This document shows, piece after piece, positions 8,675 to 18,170 of a stretch of DNA of 64,000 bases. The stretch's first letter is position 1. Every line of letters begins with the position of its first letter. The notes under the pieces were generated by a model. That model was given only the letters and a program-made list of their open reading frames with translations. It was not told where the DNA came from and ran no database searches. The stretch is from a virus (taxonomy: Duplodnaviria > Caudoviricetes): positions 939 through 64,938 of the IMG/VR virus record IMGVR_UViG_3300046776_000001; one strand, written 5' to 3'. The position numbers and the translations under genes were made by a program.

Positions 8675-9559
8675 TTAAGATATGCGGAAAACCCGCGATG
8701 TGGTTATAGTTTTATATTTCTTGAAAATTTCCGGCTGCTCTAATTCTAGTAACCTTGCATCTACTCCAATTTTGTCCTGTTCTTTCCAAGAAAACATTTT
8801 TGCGCCCATAAATGTAGCCGTTTCGTTTTCCATCATTGCAAGTTGTATAGCCTCTTTCAGTTCGTCGTTTGCCGCTTCTAGTTCCTTAATTTTTGCGCTG
8901 TTGCTTTTTATTTGACTGTGATAAATTGCTAAATCTTGATTTAACTCCTTATTTCCGCCGACCTTTGAAACGATCTTTAAAATGTCGTCTTTTTTTAGCG
9001 GTGGTGGTGCAATGTTTTGCAATACGTTTACCGTCCAAAATTGTGCAGCCTGCTCAATCATATCACTAAAAATATCTTCGTTAAATTCAATTTCTATCCA
9101 ATCAAAGTCAACACCGCGCGACAACCACGCAATATAGCCGCGCCGCTTTCCTGTTATACCTTGATACCATAAATTTTGAAAGTACCAGTTTAGTGGAATA
9201 TCGTCTTTGGTTGGCGTTTTTTGTGTCGTCTTTATTTCCAGTACCGCGTCCCCATTTTTGCCTTTTACAAATCGGTCAGGCGTGCCAATGCAAAACGTGT
9301 GTACTTCGTGTGAAAAATGCTGGTCACCTCCGCCGTAAAGTTCAAATCCTTGATCGGCAAACATTTGAGCAACAACTGGCTCTAAATAATTTCCAGCAAC
9401 CGTAAACTTATTTCCCTCAAAACTTGCAACGCGCCCCGTTTTTTGCTCCCAAAGAGCGTACGGCGTTTGATATGGATTAAGTCCAAGTACGCTTGTTATT
9501 TCGCTCCCTCCGATGCCTTTTGATCGGAGGGTATGCCATTCTTTTTTTTCACTAGTCAT
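8675..9559 (-). CDS. YqaJ-like viral recombinase exonuclease
   Basis: EWHTLRSKGIGGSE, TPYALWEQKTG, GNYLEP, GTPDR, LEIKT, Y.Q..WY motifs; adjacent to RecT. Confidence 0.9.
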   Translation of the reverse strand: MTSEKKEWHTLRSKGIGGSEITSVLGLNPYQTPYALWEQKTGRVASFEGNKFTVAGNYLEPVVAQMFADQGFELYGGGDQHFSHEVHTFCIGTPDRFVKGKNGDAVLEIKTTQKTPTKDDIPLNWYFQNLWYQGITGKRRGYIAWLSRGVDFDWIEIEFNEDIFSDMIEQAAQFWTVNVLQNIAPPPLKKDDILKIVSKVGGNKELNQDLAIYHSQIKSNSAKIKELEAANDELKEAIQLAMMENETATFMGAKMFSWKEQDKIGVDARLLELEQPEIFKKYKTITTSRVFRIS

Positions 9560-10511
9560 TGCGAGATATTTCGTTTTTGCGATTGTTAAAAATGGCCTTT
9601 ACATCTTCGCGGCTGCTCCATTCCGACGCGCCTTGATTCCAGTACCTTTGTAGTTCGTCATTATCGGAACACGCCTCAACGCCTTCGCGTATGTTTTTAA
9701 TGTCTGTCGCTTCAATAATTTCTGAATTTTCAGAAATCTCAATTGTCCCTGAAACGTTTCCCCCTTTAATGTCTTCTAATTTAATAGCGCGGTCGTCTGT
9801 TGCAATAGCAGAAATAGTTTGAGACGACAAAGGGACAATTTTCAAAAGATTACGAAGTGCGGTTTTTTTCCACATTTCATCGCCCCATTTTGCCCAAACT
9901 CCACCCGCTTCACCTTTTTGTGATGGCGATGCCATTCGCCTCTTTTCCACCTCTGTTTTCCCCATAACAACAAACTCCTTACCGCCGTTTTCAAACTCAA
10001 CAACCGCGTAAACGGCAAATGTTTCGCCCGTGTTTTCCAGTGCTGGTATATGCTTAATTCGCGGGGTTGTACCGCGTTCAAACTCAAAAACATCATTGCG
10101 GCGCACAACCTCGGCAAATACGCTTTTTACTTGCCCGCTACGATATGCAAGGGTAATTAAACCCTTGTAATCAATTTGGAATTGACAATCAATTTGCCCT
10201 GTCATTCCATTTTTGCGCGGTATAAAATGGCATTGACCAAGCGCGGTATTTAACCCAAGCAAAGAGGCATGAAGCACCGCACCAATTAGCGTCTGTACGC
10301 TACATTCTTTTAGTGCAGGATTAGTGGATATTTGAAATACAGCCGCCTGTATAATTGCGTCAGGTTTTCCGCCGTTGGGCATTGCCTTGGCTATCTGTGC
10401 GGCGTATGGCGCAAGTGTAGCCTCGATTGAAGTAGAATTAAATCCTACCATTGTTCCTGGTTTTGTTGCGCTTGCAAGTGCGGTTTTTGCTTTTTCTGCA
10501 ATATTACTCAT
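9552..10511 (-). CDS. recT: RecT family single-strand annealing protein
   Basis: GL..ALGQCHFIP, QFQIDYKGLITLAYRSG, AEVV..ND.F, EMWKKTALR motifs. Confidence 0.9.
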   Translation of the reverse strand: MSNIAEKAKTALASATKPGTMVGFNSTSIEATLAPYAAQIAKAMPNGGKPDAIIQAAVFQISTNPALKECSVQTLIGAVLHASLLGLNTALGQCHFIPRKNGMTGQIDCQFQIDYKGLITLAYRSGQVKSVFAEVVRRNDVFEFERGTTPRIKHIPALENTGETFAVYAVVEFENGGKEFVVMGKTEVEKRRMASPSQKGEAGGVWAKWGDEMWKKTALRNLLKIVPLSSQTISAIATDDRAIKLEDIKGGNVSGTIEISENSEIIEATDIKNIREGVEACSDNDELQRYWNQGASEWSSREDVKAIFNNRKNEISRND

Positions 10512-10592
10512 TTTTTATATTTTTTTTAAGTGGTAAAATGTCAGGGCGCAAAAGTTACGCCCCGACCGTATATAAATCAATCACCAAAAATG

Positions 10593-10994
10593 CTATGTTT
10601 CATCGCTTTCATAATTTGCCGCCGCTTCTAAACAGTAGTCTTTCACCTGCTCAATGAAGTCTTTAAGGTGCGGCTTGTCCGCACTATAAGCAAACTCCGT
10701 TTCAAAATCGGTATTTACTGCAATCCAAACGTTTACATTGTCAATATCTTGCTGTGTTAATTCCCTGCCAAATTCCTTGTAAGATTTCTGCAAAGACTCT
10801 GTGCTAACCTCATTAATACACATAAAGACATTTGAAAAGTGGAAATTTGTTTCGGATTGGTCGTCAATGTCGTTTGTTCCTTCGTAGTGGCCAATTTCGC
10901 ATTCACCCTTTACGGTTACGGTTACGCCCTCTGTTTGCGAATACATTACTGTATATGATTCGCTAAACTCGATAATAATTTGTTGATCTTGCAT
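10593..10994 (-). CDS. hypothetical acidic protein
   Basis: 133-aa acidic ORF behind the repeat promoter at 11014. Confidence 0.7.
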   Translation of the reverse strand: MQDQQIIIEFSESYTVMYSQTEGVTVTVKGECEIGHYEGTNDIDDQSETNFHFSNVFMCINEVSTESLQKSYKEFGRELTQQDIDNVNVWIAVNTDFETEFAYSADKPHLKDFIEQVKDYCLEAAANYESDET

Positions 10995-11013
10995 TTTTGA
11001 TAAGTTGTTTAAT

Positions 11014-11132
11014 GTGATACAAAGGTAGTTGTTAGGGCTAACCCGTGCAACACTTTTTTGATTATTAACAACTCGTTAACAAATGGTAAGATTAAAAACG
11101 CCCCGATGTTTTTTAGTCATCGGGGCGTTTTT
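11014..11132 (-). repeat. Direct repeat copy 1 (terminator plus promoter TACCTTTG)
   Basis: About 118 bp, near-identical to 12400-12517. Confidence 0.9.
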
Positions 11133-11140
11133 GTTTGTTG

Positions 11141-11881
11141 TTACGCGTTACGCAATTCATTATATTCCCTTTCAGCCGTTGCGGCCATTGCTGACCACCT
11201 CGGTCGGTCGTCGTCATTTGAAGTGTTTGCTTGCATTTCGCAATACTTAACCCATTCTCGCCACGCGCCTACATTTATTTCTGTAGCGTTTCCATTAATT
11301 AGCGCGGCAACTTCGCCGCACGTTTTGCGACGCGCAGAAACTGCCGGGTGTTCATCATCCTGCTTTGGGCGTGACAAATAGATGAGCGACGCTTTAAGCA
11401 TACCGCTATCAAGTGCGCTAAATTTTGAAGAACTGTTTTGTTCTAAAAATTGCCGAAAACTATTTGCCGTTGCAATTGCGCGACCTTCGGGCTGCAATGT
11501 TGTTTTTATTTTTTCTATTAGCATGATTTTATAAAATTGAAAATTAATATTCTGCTTTATGTTTTCAAAATGGCTATAATTACCCGGCGCATCTGTCTTA
11601 ATTTGCGTACCATCATTCATAATTTGAATGCAGCCTTTTCTTATAGGCTCTTTTAAATTTAAAATTGGCGCATTTGGCCTAATGCCATCTTGCCAGCCAA
11701 CACTATCGCGGCGCATTCCGCTATCTTGTTTATTTGCGCCGTAGTATGCATACTGCTCAAATGTGCCATTTTGGTATGCGTATTCATCCAAAATAATTTC
11801 TTTAATATTTTCATTTGGAATATTTGGCCTGTTTTTTTTAGCCATTTCTAATGCTTGTTTGCGCTGTTCAATTGTTAGCAT
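11141..11881 (-). CDS. hypothetical phage protein
   Basis: 246-aa ORF between the direct repeats. Confidence 0.8.
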   Translation of the reverse strand: MLTIEQRKQALEMAKKNRPNIPNENIKEIILDEYAYQNGTFEQYAYYGANKQDSGMRRDSVGWQDGIRPNAPILNLKEPIRKGCIQIMNDGTQIKTDAPGNYSHFENIKQNINFQFYKIMLIEKIKTTLQPEGRAIATANSFRQFLEQNSSSKFSALDSGMLKASLIYLSRPKQDDEHPAVSARRKTCGEVAALINGNATEINVGAWREWVKYCEMQANTSNDDDRPRWSAMAATAEREYNELRNA

Positions 11882-11884
11882 AAC

Positions 11885-12355
11885 TTAAAAGTTTTTGTTT
11901 TTTTGAAAATAAACACCAGTGCAAATGGCGTCAATATTATTTTCTTCCATGATGGCTTGTATTTCGTTTGTATTTGGGCGTACGTGCCTTAATATACCAA
12001 ATTCACTTTGCCTTTCATTCCTGCCAAAAACAAGAAATTTTTGGCCTACCATTTCAGGGTTAAAAAAATCAGACGCGCACCCTTCAAGTATTTCAAAAGT
12101 TTGCCAAACGCCCGATTTTTTAACCTCATAAATCATAGTAACTAACGGCAAATTTGTACACATGATTCGTTCATGGTTAAATCCTGTATCGCCTCCGTTT
12201 TTAGTTTCTCTACCCCTTCTTATAAAGTCTGCCGGAATTGAATAGCGCGGAATAAATTCATTTTGTATAAACTCAATCATATTTATATTTTCGCACTCAT
12301 CTATATTGCACAAATTTGATTTTAGATGATCTTGAGCCTTGTACTTGGTATTCAT
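11885..12355 (-). CDS. hypothetical phage protein (likely start MNTKYK)
   Basis: The track extension to 12505 runs through the promoter repeat. Confidence 0.75.
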   Translation of the reverse strand: MNTKYKAQDHLKSNLCNIDECENINMIEFIQNEFIPRYSIPADFIRRGRETKNGGDTGFNHERIMCTNLPLVTMIYEVKKSGVWQTFEILEGCASDFFNPEMVGQKFLVFGRNERQSEFGILRHVRPNTNEIQAIMEENNIDAICTGVYFQKNKNF

Positions 12356-12399
12356 AATATTTTTATTTAAGTGTGATTTGATACGCTTACCGCGTTTTA

Positions 12400-12517
12400 G
12401 TGATACAAAGGTAGTTGTTAAGGCTAACCCGTGCAACACTTTTTTGATTATTAACAACTTATTAACAAATGGTAAGATTAAAAACGCCCCGATGTTTTTT
12501 AGCATCGGGTCGTTTTT
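12400..12517 (-). repeat. Direct repeat copy 2 (terminator plus promoter TACCTTTG)
   Basis: Near-identical to 11014-11132. Confidence 0.9.
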
Positions 12518-13013
12518 TATTTCTTTCCCTCGCTTCTAATCATAATCGTATCGCCTTGCTTGGACACACGAAAGCGATCTTTTGCATCCTGTTCCATCCA
12601 ATCGCGAACATCATATGGCATTTCCGTATGACCATCAAGACGGGTGTATATTTCTTTCCCGTTTTTTATTTCGCCGGAGACGCGCCAAACGGCTCTACTT
12701 CGTAATTTAATACGTATTCAACTTCCCCATTAAAGTGAGATAAAATATCTTGGGTTTTGAAGAAAAACCGCGTACTAGCGTCTCTATACCCATAATCCCC
12801 TCTTTGTCCTTGAGAAGACTCTGAGCGAAAAGGCTTTAATTCTGGGTAGCCATCCACTCCATTTACTTGAAAGTGGATCTGTTCAATAAATGGTGTGCAT
12901 AAGCGGATTTTATCAGCGTTCATCAAGTCCCGCATTAGCCCCCTGAAAGGGGTTCTTTCTGGGAAATTGTAAATTCCGTTGGCATTTATGGTCAAAATAT
13001 ACTTTTCATTCAT
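12517..13013 (-). pseudogene. hypothetical gene apparently split by a frameshift near 12685
   Basis: ORF 12666-13013 overlaps a 66-codon open -1 frame (12717-12517) that has no early start. Confidence 0.5.
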
Positions 13014-13030
13014 AATTATATGTTTTTACT

Positions 13031-13165
13031 TAGTGAGTGATAGCGTTACCGCGTTTTAGTGATACAAAGATACTACCCTTTTGTATTAAAGTGGTAACAT
13101 TTATTCAATTATTTTTGATTTTTATTTTTCAAAAACTTCTGAAAGTAGGTAAACCATTCACAATC
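13031..13165 (-). promoter_or_regulatory. Early promoter cassette (TATCTTTG 13065-13072; operator 13127-13144)
   Basis: Repeated cassette. Confidence 0.8.
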
Positions 13166-13171
13166 AACACA

Positions 13172-14062
13172 CTACCTATTTACAGAATAGATAAGGGTGT
13201 TTTTCTTTGCTTCAATACATAAAGCAAGTTCCCCAACCGTAATACGATAATCCATATTTTTACGACTTCGCACGATACGACCGTCTGCCTTTTGCGTATA
13301 TCCGTCGAAAACACTGTTTAAATAGTACGCCGGATTATTTGCCCCTTCGTACAAAACAGCATCGTTACCGCGCCCTAAATTAGCAGGAGAAAACACAACC
13401 AAATAGAAATCTACCGCCCTTTCTATCTTTTTGCCTTTAGTGTGATAACGGACGTATTTATCTGTTAAATCCATAATCTGTGATATTTGCCCGTTTTTAC
13501 AATACTGCTTTACGTCTGCTAAACTTTCGGACGTTATACCCGATAACCCGATACTGGTAAATTGAATCCATCCCGCCGCAATACCGTCGCGGCGTATTGT
13601 GAGCGGTTTTAGGCTGCACTCTGATAGAGCAGTTTGGTATATATAGTGCGGCGGTATTTGTAGTTCCGCTGCAAGCAGCCTGGTTCTTTTTATAACCTCG
13701 TTTGATATGTAAGCAGGGTTTAAATCCATAATTCTACGCTCGAACGCCTCACTTATATTGTCGCTGCTTAACCCGTCGTATTGGCCATCATACACGGGCG
13801 TTTCAAACCGTTGCACAAAATCCGAAATTTCAGCACGAAAAAAAGAAACGGTATAACCTAATAATAGCATTACGCCAAATCTTTTTAAAAAACCGTGTCG
13901 GTCTTTGCCAAATAAGAATTTAACAGACACCTCCAAAAACTGGATTGTTATGCCCAATATTTTTAATGCCCAGTAAATTAGATAGCAAAGTGCTGTGCAG
14001 GTTAGTGCGCCGAATAGTCCGTCGTAAGATAGGGCAATTTGGAGCGCGTCTGTTATGTTCAT
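13172..14062 (-). CDS. membrane-anchored lytic transglycosylase (SLT/lysozyme-like)
   Basis: Two N-terminal hydrophobic segments; ALSECS (catalytic Glu), AAGWIQFT, DFYLVVFSP, AYYLN..FD motifs. Confidence 0.7.
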   Translation of the reverse strand: MNITDALQIALSYDGLFGALTCTALCYLIYWALKILGITIQFLEVSVKFLFGKDRHGFLKRFGVMLLLGYTVSFFRAEISDFVQRFETPVYDGQYDGLSSDNISEAFERRIMDLNPAYISNEVIKRTRLLAAELQIPPHYIYQTALSECSLKPLTIRRDGIAAGWIQFTSIGLSGITSESLADVKQYCKNGQISQIMDLTDKYVRYHTKGKKIERAVDFYLVVFSPANLGRGNDAVLYEGANNPAYYLNSVFDGYTQKADGRIVRSRKNMDYRITVGELALCIEAKKNTLIYSVNR

Positions 14063-14063
14063 T

Positions 14064-14264
14064 TTATTGCTTGTTTCTGCGACCCATTGATTTTTGAAAT
14101 ACCCTAACCCTTCTATCGTTCTTAATTTCTAAACCAAAGTCTAAAATTAAAAGAAACAAAAGCGAACATACGCCAACCGCTGTCAAAAATAAATCATCTA
14201 TATGCAACTCGTAAAGTGTTGCAAATGTCAAAAATGCGAATAACAAATTAAGTACTTTATTCAT
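14064..14264 (-). CDS. small 2-TM membrane protein
   Basis: Hydrophobic 66-aa ORF. Confidence 0.65.
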   Translation of the reverse strand: MNKVLNLLFAFLTFATLYELHIDDLFLTAVGVCSLLFLLILDFGLEIKNDRRVRVFQKSMGRRNKQ

Positions 14265-14294
14265 TTTTTAGTGTGTTTTATTGTGTTAAATATT

Positions 14295-14522
14295 TTAAAA
14301 TAAATCGTAGTCTCCAGAATTAGTTAGTTTTTTAGCAGTCGATTTTTTACAATAAATAATACCATTTTTTTCGTATAAATCGCCGCCATTGATCGCGCCC
14401 TTTATTAAAGACCAAAATTCCCTTTCTGCTGATATAGAAAACCTTTTGCACAAATCCTCAAAACTACAAGGACTTAACCACAACGAGGCAAATGCGTCTT
14501 TTTTTAAATCCGTTAGTGTCAT
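14295..14522 (-). CDS. hypothetical protein
   Basis: 75-aa ORF. Confidence 0.6.
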   Translation of the reverse strand: MTLTDLKKDAFASLWLSPCSFEDLCKRFSISAEREFWSLIKGAINGGDLYEKNGIIYCKKSTAKKLTNSGDYDLF

Positions 14523-14532
14523 TTTTCTTTTT

Positions 14533-15060
14533 TTATGTTGTTAAATATTTTAAAATATAAATAGTGCCACCCAATAAATCAACACCAAACACCCATTCAA
14601 CAACCTCGCACAAAACAAAAGCGGCCAAAAACAATTCAGCCGCCGCCATTCCAATACATACCGCCATAAAATCGAAAGGTATTGGCGCAATGAATACAGC
14701 CAAGCAAAAAGCAGATTTACCCAAAAAATCGGGCAAAAGAAAATAAAGCAAAAGTGATATAATAGAATTTGGAGCAGTAAACCATTCGGTATAACCGGAA
14801 CTACCTTGCGGCACTCTTTTCGATCTGAAACGCTGGAATAATCCGTGCGCTTTGCCCTCGATCAATCGAGCAGAAAAAAGCGGTATTTTTATCCATATTC
14901 TTATGGGAAAAGAAACGCCGCTTTTTTCTAGTATTGACTTGCTTATTTGCGCTTTTCGCTCAATCGGGTCTTTACTAATGCCAATTTTCCAAAGATACCA
15001 CTTCGATATGTTAAGCGGGTTTTCGTGTGACATTATGTAGATGCTTTTGATTTCTATCAT
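14533..15060 (-). CDS. T5orf172/MUG113 (GIY-YIG-like) domain protein with hydrophobic C-terminus
   Basis: IYIM, WKIGISKDPIER, E...H..F..FR, G.TEWF, then about 70 hydrophobic residues. Confidence 0.75.
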   Translation of the reverse strand: MIEIKSIYIMSHENPLNISKWYLWKIGISKDPIERKAQISKSILEKSGVSFPIRIWIKIPLFSARLIEGKAHGLFQRFRSKRVPQGSSGYTEWFTAPNSIISLLLYFLLPDFLGKSAFCLAVFIAPIPFDFMAVCIGMAAAELFLAAFVLCEVVEWVFGVDLLGGTIYILKYLTT

Positions 15061-15284
15061 TTCATTTCGCTACTTATTCGGTCGTATTCCTTTTTTGTTA
15101 CCCTTACTGTTTTTGTTATTATTAATTGTCCATGCCAAAAACCATAATAACTTGCCATCAAATTGGCAATAGAATCCTTTATTTGATCGTCTGTAAATAC
15201 GCCGCTTTTTGATTTAAATGTAAAAAAAGACACGTAATAGCCGCCAACAATTTGACAATGAAAAAATGCTACAAAATACTTCAT
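15057..15284 (-). CDS. hypothetical protein
   Basis: 75-aa ORF, ATGA-coupled. Confidence 0.6.
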   Translation of the reverse strand: MKYFVAFFHCQIVGGYYVSFFTFKSKSGVFTDDQIKDSIANLMASYYGFWHGQLIITKTVRVTKKEYDRISSEMK

Positions 15285-16127
15285 TTAGTTTCTGTTGTTT
15301 AATTGTTTGCGTTCGTATTCGTCGTTTCCGCCCTTATGTTTAAAAAACCCGCCGCTATTAGGTTTTGCATTAGGAATAACAAAAGAAGCAAGCCACGATA
15401 TTGCGTATACTAGTCCGTAAAATATTAAAACCTTTGCAGGTAATGGCATGTCCCACGCGCTTGCATCAAACAACCATTTAAGCAGGTAAAATGATGCAAC
15501 TATACTAACTATTATAAACAGCACAAAAGATGCGCCCCTTTGCATATGTAGCAAAACATTATCGTACCATTTACCCGTATGCTGGTGTTCTAATTTTGCA
15601 ATCATGCTCCAAAGTAGGGCAACAAAACCAATACTAAGTATAGGCCATAGCATGTATTCAAATAGGCCAAAAAAATAGCCCCACGCTGTGCCAAATGTTT
15701 TGGAAATATCGTCATACCCTTGTTTCACTCCGTCCGCACCTCGTTTCATCGTTGCGCTGTCTGCCATTGTCGCAAAAGTGCGGCGCGGTTTTTCATCACC
15801 AAAAAGCGGCTTTACCCCTTCCTTTGTTTCGGCGGTTGGCTGCGTTGCGCCTTGCACCGTCTTACCGTTCACTAAAATATATTTCAATTTTCCAAACGAC
15901 ACATCGTTTTGAAAAAAACCGCCGCTTTTAAGGATAGTTTCAAACGACTGATTACCCGCGCTTTTGCGGTTTATTTGACCGCCGTGGTAGTGAAATTCAA
16001 CCACGCCCGCTGGTTCGCAAAAGGCAGGAATACCGCCAAAATACTTTTGTAGTGCGTCTGTTTTGGACTGTGAAAAAATGGCGATGCTGCACATCATTGC
16101 AGCAATCAAGATTAAAATATTTTTCAT
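15285..16127 (-). CDS. signal-peptide protein with 3-4 C-terminal TM helices
   Basis: MKNILILIAAMMCSIAIFS|Q; hydrophobic helices in the C-terminal half. Confidence 0.75.
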   Translation of the reverse strand: MKNILILIAAMMCSIAIFSQSKTDALQKYFGGIPAFCEPAGVVEFHYHGGQINRKSAGNQSFETILKSGGFFQNDVSFGKLKYILVNGKTVQGATQPTAETKEGVKPLFGDEKPRRTFATMADSATMKRGADGVKQGYDDISKTFGTAWGYFFGLFEYMLWPILSIGFVALLWSMIAKLEHQHTGKWYDNVLLHMQRGASFVLFIIVSIVASFYLLKWLFDASAWDMPLPAKVLIFYGLVYAISWLASFVIPNAKPNSGGFFKHKGGNDEYERKQLNNRN

Positions 16128-16140
16128 TGTGTGTAAATTT

Positions 16141-16884
16141 TTATTTGTTATCCGATACGGTTTTTTGTGCTATTTTAGTTTGCGTTTCTGCATCACCTTC
16201 AAACATTTTCATTTTGAACATTGCGCCGTTGTCCCTCCACCCTTTTACAAAGTATGCAATATACCGGGCGTAATTTTCTTTTGTTTCAATCGCAAAATTA
16301 TAATCCGGTGCAACTATTTTTTGATCGTTTGGCAGGTCGCTTTCCCATGCCAAAACCGCCCTACTTCCTACCTTCGCATCTGCAAACGGGTGCAAATACA
16401 TAACAATAAACGGACTAAAACGCGCTATACCAATGACCCAATATGTTTTAGACGCTGCTTGCTTTGCTTGTTCTAAACGTGCCGTATATTCCTCTGCTGT
16501 TTCGCCGTCTTTTTGCACTATTAAGCAGTCATTTTGTAAAGATGCCGCAATACTGCCCACATCACCGATTGATAATTGATATTGCGACCGTATCATTTCA
16601 CGCTGCTCCATATTTTTGGAGTAGGTCAAAACCAAAACCTTAGACACAAACGACGTTATAATAAGGATTAACAGCGCGTTTACTGCCAACATTTGCGCCC
16701 TTACAATCAAATCCATTGTTTCCTGTGTTGCTGGATAAAACGGTGGCAATAGCAAAGTAAATACCACCTGCAACACAAACCACCATAGAAAACCAGGCAC
16801 TTTGGCTATTGGTTCGCCTAAACAAACGTGCATAACTGCACTTTTCTCAAATTTTAAGTATTCCCCTATCATTTTGATTATCAA
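16141..16884 (-). CDS. membrane protein (2-3 TM)
   Basis: Hydrophobic segments at about aa 30-50 and 62-85. Confidence 0.75.
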   Translation of the reverse strand: MIIKMIGEYLKFEKSAVMHVCLGEPIAKVPGFLWWFVLQVVFTLLLPPFYPATQETMDLIVRAQMLAVNALLILIITSFVSKVLVLTYSKNMEQREMIRSQYQLSIGDVGSIAASLQNDCLIVQKDGETAEEYTARLEQAKQAASKTYWVIGIARFSPFIVMYLHPFADAKVGSRAVLAWESDLPNDQKIVAPDYNFAIETKENYARYIAYFVKGWRDNGAMFKMKMFEGDAETQTKIAQKTVSDNK

Positions 16885-16902
16885 TTATTTAAAAGTGCAT
16901 TT

Positions 16903-17241
16903 TTAAAAATGCACTACGTTTTGCACTATTTTTGTTGTATTTTTTTTGGTTGGGAATAGGGTAGCGCGTATGGTTGCTAACACCCTGCTTTTATAGATGT
17001 TCATACGCTCTATTTCTGCGTTCGTTTTACCTTCCTGCATAAGCGTGTAAACCTCCGTACATTTCTTTACATTTATAGTCTTTGTGCCTAATTCCTTTTT
17101 GAGTGCCAGTATTTGCGCATCTGTCAACTTAGCATCAAAAGCGCGACCGACCGACTGAAAACCTTTGTCGTTCGCCTCGCTTATTGTTAGATGCGTGTCG
17201 TTTATAGCGTTGTCGTCTTTATATTGTGCTAGTATTAACAT
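16903..17241 (-). CDS. hypothetical protein
   Basis: 112-aa ORF. Confidence 0.65.
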   Translation of the reverse strand: MLILAQYKDDNAINDTHLTISEANDKGFQSVGRAFDAKLTDAQILALKKELGTKTINVKKCTEVYTLMQEGKTNAEIERMNIYKSRVLATIRATLFPTKKNTTKIVQNVVHF

Positions 17242-17419
17242 ATGTCAATCTATTTAAAGGTAATTTTTGGCCTGTTGTGGTAATTATCAAACAATCCCTA
17301 ACGCTATCAAATGGCTGCATATCTGCAAATACTTGCTTTATGCTATTATACCGTTTCCCGTAAAATGTTATTGAATGTACTTTAAATTTGTGGCTTGTTT
17401 TTACGTTGACAAATAACAC
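17219..17419 (-). CDS. hypothetical protein
   Basis: 66-aa ORF. Confidence 0.6.
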   Translation of the reverse strand: MLFVNVKTSHKFKVHSITFYGKRYNSIKQVFADMQPFDSVRDCLIITTTGQKLPLNRLTYVNTSTI

Positions 17420-17421
17420 TG

Positions 17422-18141
17422 TTAAGCATTTTGGTAATTATGTTCGCTTTTCTCTTTCGTTTCTGTTATGCTAACGAGTAACAAAACGATAGGCAATAAC
17501 GACGTACCAAGCCCAAACAAACAGGCTGTTATAATTGTATCCCAGCCGCCAGTGTTAAACATTAACCCCGTGTTAGTTAAAATTTTTTGGTAGTACATTG
17601 TTGAGTGGACGTACACTAACGCTAACTCGAAACCTATAAGCCAGTTAACCGCCATTTTTGCGCTTTCTAAGGATAACTCCCTTTTTGTGAGGCGTGAAGT
17701 GTTGAGCGCGAATATAGCGTAAAGGATAGCCGCGCCCGTCCCGATCAATCCATATTGCGAAATTAGTCCGTAAGCCGTTACTATACAAACGGTAACCATT
17801 GCCGCATCCGACGCAGAAAAACGCAACACGGGCGAAAAAATGCTACTCATTTGCGATTTTACAGGCTCTTGATCTACTGCAAAAACTGAATTGTTGACGG
17901 GTAGGTGAATTGTGGCCTGTTTTGCTGCTTTTGGCCGCTTCGCTGTTACTTCTTTTTGAGCGGGCGAAATACTGCTAACAGCCGCACTATCGGACAATAA
18001 CACTAATACCTCTTTTGGTATGTTAAAATGTTTTTTAACAGACACCTTTGTTATTAATCCCTTTTCAGCAGCTCGGTTAATTTTCATTCTAATAACCTGC
18101 ATTGCTTTTTCGCTTCCGTTAGTGTACTCGTTATACGTCAT
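17422..18141 (-). CDS. membrane protein (about 4 C-terminal TM helices)
   Basis: Soluble N-terminus, hydrophobic C-terminal half; first gene after the promoter at 18171. Confidence 0.75.
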   Translation of the reverse strand: MTYNEYTNGSEKAMQVIRMKINRAAEKGLITKVSVKKHFNIPKEVLVLLSDSAAVSSISPAQKEVTAKRPKAAKQATIHLPVNNSVFAVDQEPVKSQMSSIFSPVLRFSASDAAMVTVCIVTAYGLISQYGLIGTGAAILYAIFALNTSRLTKRELSLESAKMAVNWLIGFELALVYVHSTMYYQKILTNTGLMFNTGGWDTIITACLFGLGTSLLPIVLLLVSITETKEKSEHNYQNA

Positions 18142-18170
18142 CGTTATAAGTTATTTTTGTTAGTGCGCCA

